Assembly: GCF_013248865.1 (NCBI RefSeq)
Contig: NZ_JABNNF010000018.1
Strand: one strand, 5' to 3'
From: Corallococcus exiguus
GTDB lineage: Bacteria > Myxococcota > Myxococcia > Myxococcales > Myxococcaceae
Length of the DNA: 64,000 bases
Shown: piece by piece, positions 60,760 through 64,000 of the stretch
How the letters are laid out: the number at the start of each line of letters is the position of its first letter
How positions within the stretch are numbered: the first letter of the stretch is position 1
Notes under the pieces: model-generated
Told to the model about the DNA's origin: nothing
Seen by the model: the letters and a program-made list of their open reading frames with translations, nothing else
The model's database searches: none
Program-made: the position numbers and the translations under genes

Positions 60760-61950
60760 ATGCGCAAGCCGGTGATTCGCAAGACACTCTCCGAGGAACT
60801 GTTCTTCGTCCGCGGCATGAGCCTGATGCTCGTGGTGCTGGTCCATGTGATCGGCGTGGAGCCCTTCCAGGGGGTGCGCAAGCTCTTCTCCCCGGAGCGA
60901 GCGGAGCTCCGGTTCGCCTCGGAGTTCATCCACAGCTTCAACATGGCGGTGATGATCATTGGTTCGGGCGTGGCGGTGTCACTCTTCGGCGCGCCGGACA
61001 GGTCCTTCCGGGAGTTCGCGCACAAGAAGCTGCGCAAGCTCGTCGTCCCGATGTTGGTGTGGGCGCCCGTCTTCCTCTTTACCCATGAGTTCACCCAGGC
61101 GCGCCCGCGAACACCTGGCGGATGGCTGGCGCTGCTGGGCCGGTTCCCTGCCGCCTGGTTCCCTCCGTACGCCATCTTCTGGTTCATTCACGCCCTGGTG
61201 GGCTGTACCTGTCTGGCGTGGGTGTATCAGCGCATCGTGCCCGCCCGGTACAATTGGAACGGACTGAGCTACCTGGCACTGTCCTGGGTGTCGTATGCCG
61301 CTGTCGAGTTCCTGGAATCTCCGATGTCTGACATTGGGATGAGATATCTCCGCTTCATCCTCTTCTGGAACTGCCTCTTCGGTCTGGGAATGAGCCTGTC
61401 CCCCTGGCTGGCGCTGGCGCGCACCCGGCTGTCTCAGTTGCCTCTGGCGCTCCAGGGACTGGTGCCCTCGGGGTTCCTGGGGCTGCTGGTCTCTTTCCAT
61501 GTCTCGGGGCGCGCGGAGGGGCATCTGGATCCGCGCCTGATCACGGGGCCGCTGGGCTTCTGCCTGCAATTCACCCTGGCCTTCTTCCTCCTGGGTGTTG
61601 CCCGGAGCCTGGGTGCGACGTGGAAGGGGTTGGCGAGCTGGATTGTCTACCTGGGCTCGATCAGCATGCCGCTCTACCTCTTCCACATCTATTTCGTGTC
61701 CGGGGTGAGACTGGCTTTGGAGAAGGTGCTGCCAGGAGCGCCGCTCACGCTGCACCTGGCGCTGGGCGTGTTCGGAGGGCTGATGGGGCCCCTGGGCCTC
61801 TATCTCCTCCTGGAGAGGAATCGGGCCTTCCGCTGGAGCATCGGCCTGCGTGGTGTCCCTTTGGACACGCCCGAACTCGGCGCGGATGAGTCCCCTGGCA
61901 CCCGGCCACTTCGGGTGGAGGCATCGACCATGAAAGGGGCCGACGTATGA
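60760..61950 (+). CDS. Acyltransferase-3 family membrane O-acyltransferase
   Basis: 'FFVRGMSLMLVVLVHVIG' and about 10 TM helices. Confidence 0.65.
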   Translation: MRKPVIRKTLSEELFFVRGMSLMLVVLVHVIGVEPFQGVRKLFSPERAELRFASEFIHSFNMAVMIIGSGVAVSLFGAPDRSFREFAHKKLRKLVVPMLVWAPVFLFTHEFTQARPRTPGGWLALLGRFPAAWFPPYAIFWFIHALVGCTCLAWVYQRIVPARYNWNGLSYLALSWVSYAAVEFLESPMSDIGMRYLRFILFWNCLFGLGMSLSPWLALARTRLSQLPLALQGLVPSGFLGLLVSFHVSGRAEGHLDPRLITGPLGFCLQFTLAFFLLGVARSLGATWKGLASWIVYLGSISMPLYLFHIYFVSGVRLALEKVLPGAPLTLHLALGVFGGLMGPLGLYLLLERNRAFRWSIGLRGVPLDTPELGADESPGTRPLRVEASTMKGADV

Positions 61951-62073
61951 ACCCAAATGAAGTGTTGACCAGTCGCCAAAATGTTTGTGTTTCAGAGCGG
62001 GATGGCCATGCTGGCTGGCTACACCAAAGTTCATGGAGGCCCCCTCTGAGCGCCTCCATTCCCTGGAGTTGTC

Positions 62074-64000
62074 ATGGACGTGATGAGAGCCAGCAGGGTC
62101 CTGCTGCTGGGACTGGTCTTTGTCGCAGCAGGCTGTAGCAGCAAGCCACCGGAAGAGAAGACGCTGGCCCACAGCGCTTCGCCGTTGGTGGTGGAAGGGT
62201 GGACTGAGACCGCGCCCATGGCGGAGGCTCGCAAATACCACGCCGGCGTAGCACTGCCTTCAGGCAAGGTGCTGGTGACGGGTGGCTACAACGCCAGCGG
62301 GTATCTGTCCTCCTCCACGCTCTTCGACCCCGCGACTGGCACGTGGACAGCAGCCGCCTCCATGCCGGAGCCCCGGCAGATCCACACCGCGGCGCTGCTG
62401 CCTTCGGGAAAGGTGCTCGTGGTTGGCGGAGAGAACGCGACGGGCCGCCTGGCTTCCGCGGTGGTGTATTCCCCGGACACCAATACCTGGGCCTCCGCTG
62501 GGAGCTTTGCCTCGGGCGTGGCACGGGCTTCCCTGACGGCGACGCTGTTGCCTTCGGGCAAGGTGCTGGTGGCGGGCGGTGGCAACTCCGGCGGCCCCAA
62601 GTTCAATGTGGATGTGTATGAGCCAGTGGCGGGAACCTGGAGCGTGGGTCCGAATCTGGGAGCGGCGCGGCGCGACCATACGGCGACGCTGCTGACGACC
62701 GGGCAGGTGCTGGTGGCGGGCGGCGTCGGGGGCGCGAGCCTGGCGACGGCGGAAGTGTATGACTCGACGAGCAATACCTGGACGGCGACGGGAGGGCTGG
62801 CGACGGCGCGCTACAACCACACGGCGACGCGGCTGCCCTCGGGCAAGGTGCTGGTGGTGGGTGGCCGCAACAGCACCGGGCTGCTGGCGACAGCGGAGGA
62901 ATACGACCCGGGCACCGGGCAGTGGAGCGCGACGGGCGCGCTGGGCACGGCCAGGGAGCTGCACTCGGCAACCCTGCTGAGCACCGGCAAGGTGCTGGTG
63001 ACTGGAGGCATGTATGGCAGTGCGGCGACGGCCGCGCTGGCGAGCTCGGAGGTGTACGACCCGGCCACCCGGCAGTGGAGCGCGGCGACGCCGATGGCCG
63101 GTGCGCGGTATTCGCATGTGGCGGTGTCGCTGGCGACGCAGGCCAAGGTGTTGGTGGTGGGCGGTATTGGCGCCACCGGCGCGAGCCTGAAGACGGCGGA
63201 GGTGTACGGGTACGACGCATGTGCTGGGGTGACTTGCAACAGCGCGCCAGGGGCCTGCTACGAGGCGGCGGGAACGTGCAGCAATGGGGTGTGCAGCTAC
63301 GCGCTGAAGGCAGCTGGGGCTTCCTGCGATGACGGGGATGCGTGCACCGGGACGGACGTATGCAACGGCGCGGGCGTGTGCGCGGGAAGCGCCACCCAGT
63401 GCGGCAGTCCTCCGGGGCAGTGCTACGCGGCGGCGGGGGCGTGCAGCGACGGGACGTGCTCCTATTCGTACAAGGAAGCCGGTGCCGCGTGTGATGACGG
63501 GGATGCGTGCACGGTGGATGAGACGTGCAACGGAGCGGGCGGGTGCGCGGGCACTCCGGTGACTTGCAGCAGCCCTCCGAGCCAGTGCTTCGAGGCAGCG
63601 GGAACGTGCAGCGAGGGCGCGTGCACCTATGCGCCGAAGGCCACAGGCACGGCTTGCGATGACGGCAATGGCGGCACCATCAACGATGTGTGCAGCGGAG
63701 CGGGCGTCTGCGCGGGCGTGCCAGCCTGCACGACGCCGCCGGATGCCTGCCACGGCTCACCGGGCACCTACTCCAACGGAGCGTGCACCTATCCGCCGAA
63801 GGCCGCAGGCACCCTCTGTGATGATGGCAACGCTTGCACGACGGGCGACGTCTGCAACGGTGCTGGCACCTGTGGCGGCTCGGCGCTGAGCTGCAACAGT
63901 CCTCCCAGCCAGTGCTACCAGTCCGCCGGCACCTGCTCCAACGGCACCTGCAGCTACGTGCCGAAGGCCTCGGGCGCCAGCTGCGATGACAGCAACGCGT
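62074..64000 (+). CDS. Lipoprotein with Kelch-type beta-propeller and C-terminal ~45-aa Cys-rich repeats (3' end outside the window)
   Basis: 'VFVAAGCSS'. 6x 'LPSGKVLVxGG...TAEVYDP'. Then repeated 'CxxPPxQCxxAxGTCSxGxCSYxxKAxGxxCDDG(D/N)ACT'. Absent from the ORF track because there is no stop in the window. Confidence 0.7.
   Translation, partial: MDVMRASRVLLLGLVFVAAGCSSKPPEEKTLAHSASPLVVEGWTETAPMAEARKYHAGVALPSGKVLVTGGYNASGYLSSSTLFDPATGTWTAAASMPEPRQIHTAALLPSGKVLVVGGENATGRLASAVVYSPDTNTWASAGSFASGVARASLTATLLPSGKVLVAGGGNSGGPKFNVDVYEPVAGTWSVGPNLGAARRDHTATLLTTGQVLVAGGVGGASLATAEVYDSTSNTWTATGGLATARYNHTATRLPSGKVLVVGGRNSTGLLATAEEYDPGTGQWSATGALGTARELHSATLLSTGKVLVTGGMYGSAATAALASSEVYDPATRQWSAATPMAGARYSHVAVSLATQAKVLVVGGIGATGASLKTAEVYGYDACAGVTCNSAPGACYEAAGTCSNGVCSYALKAAGASCDDGDACTGTDVCNGAGVCAGSATQCGSPPGQCYAAAGACSDGTCSYSYKEAGAACDDGDACTVDETCNGAGGCAGTPVTCSSPPSQCFEAAGTCSEGACTYAPKATGTACDDGNGGTINDVCSGAGVCAGVPACTTPPDACHGSPGTYSNGACTYPPKAAGTLCDDGNACTTGDVCNGAGTCGGSALSCNSPPSQCYQSAGTCSNGTCSYVPKASGASCDDSNA

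Noticed and set aside
62260-63753. 497-aa minus-strand ORF
   Set aside because: Antisense to the Kelch/Cys-repeat lipoprotein gene, whose blades and repeats are clearly periodic on the plus strand.

Overview
The window is high-GC (~70%) chromosomal DNA that looks myxobacterial (Myxococcus/Corallococcus-like). Supporting this are a MYXO-CTERM sorting tail, a RomR-like polarity regulator, an EncC-like encapsulin cargo protein, a lone groEL2-like chaperonin, and many long spurious antisense ORFs. It is gene-dense, with about 55 supportable coding regions, one tRNA (probably tRNA-Sec) and no CRISPR or obvious transposon.

Main contents, in order:
- A truncated SNF2 helicase, an Smr protein and a DUF72 protein at the start of the window.
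- A PAS-LuxR regulator followed by a complete chemosensory operon (cheA, cheW, mcp, an ABC1/UbiB kinase, an ABM monooxygenase, cheB, cheR). The MCP carries an N-terminal truncated-hemoglobin domain.
- A Fic-domain gene translationally coupled to two uncharacterised tandem paralogs.
- Hsp20, PhzF, proC, and an ArsR-P450-ABM module.
- An M1 aminopeptidase, several secreted repeat or Cys-rich proteins, and a LysR regulator next to a PhhA-like aromatic amino acid hydroxylase.
- A LysM-peptidase secreted protein.
- A clear bacterial homolog of the eukaryotic major vault protein (MVP). It sits upstream of a lipoprotein gene and a MYXO-CTERM metalloprotease gene.
- nadC and a valS whose product carries a histone-H1-like KAAKKA tail.
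- A RomR-like regulator, a tandem-CheW protein and a REC-GGDEF cyclase.
- An orphan encapsulin cargo (ferritin-like, with an LTVGSLRK targeting peptide), a hybrid histidine kinase, and groEL with a CIRCE operator.
- Cell-envelope genes (GT39 glycosyltransferase, acyltransferase-3), and a Kelch/Cys-rich-repeat lipoprotein that runs off the 3' end.

Several palindromic or duplicated intergenic elements and within-gene tandem DNA repeats are also present.

All calls rest on motif recognition by eye; no searches were run.
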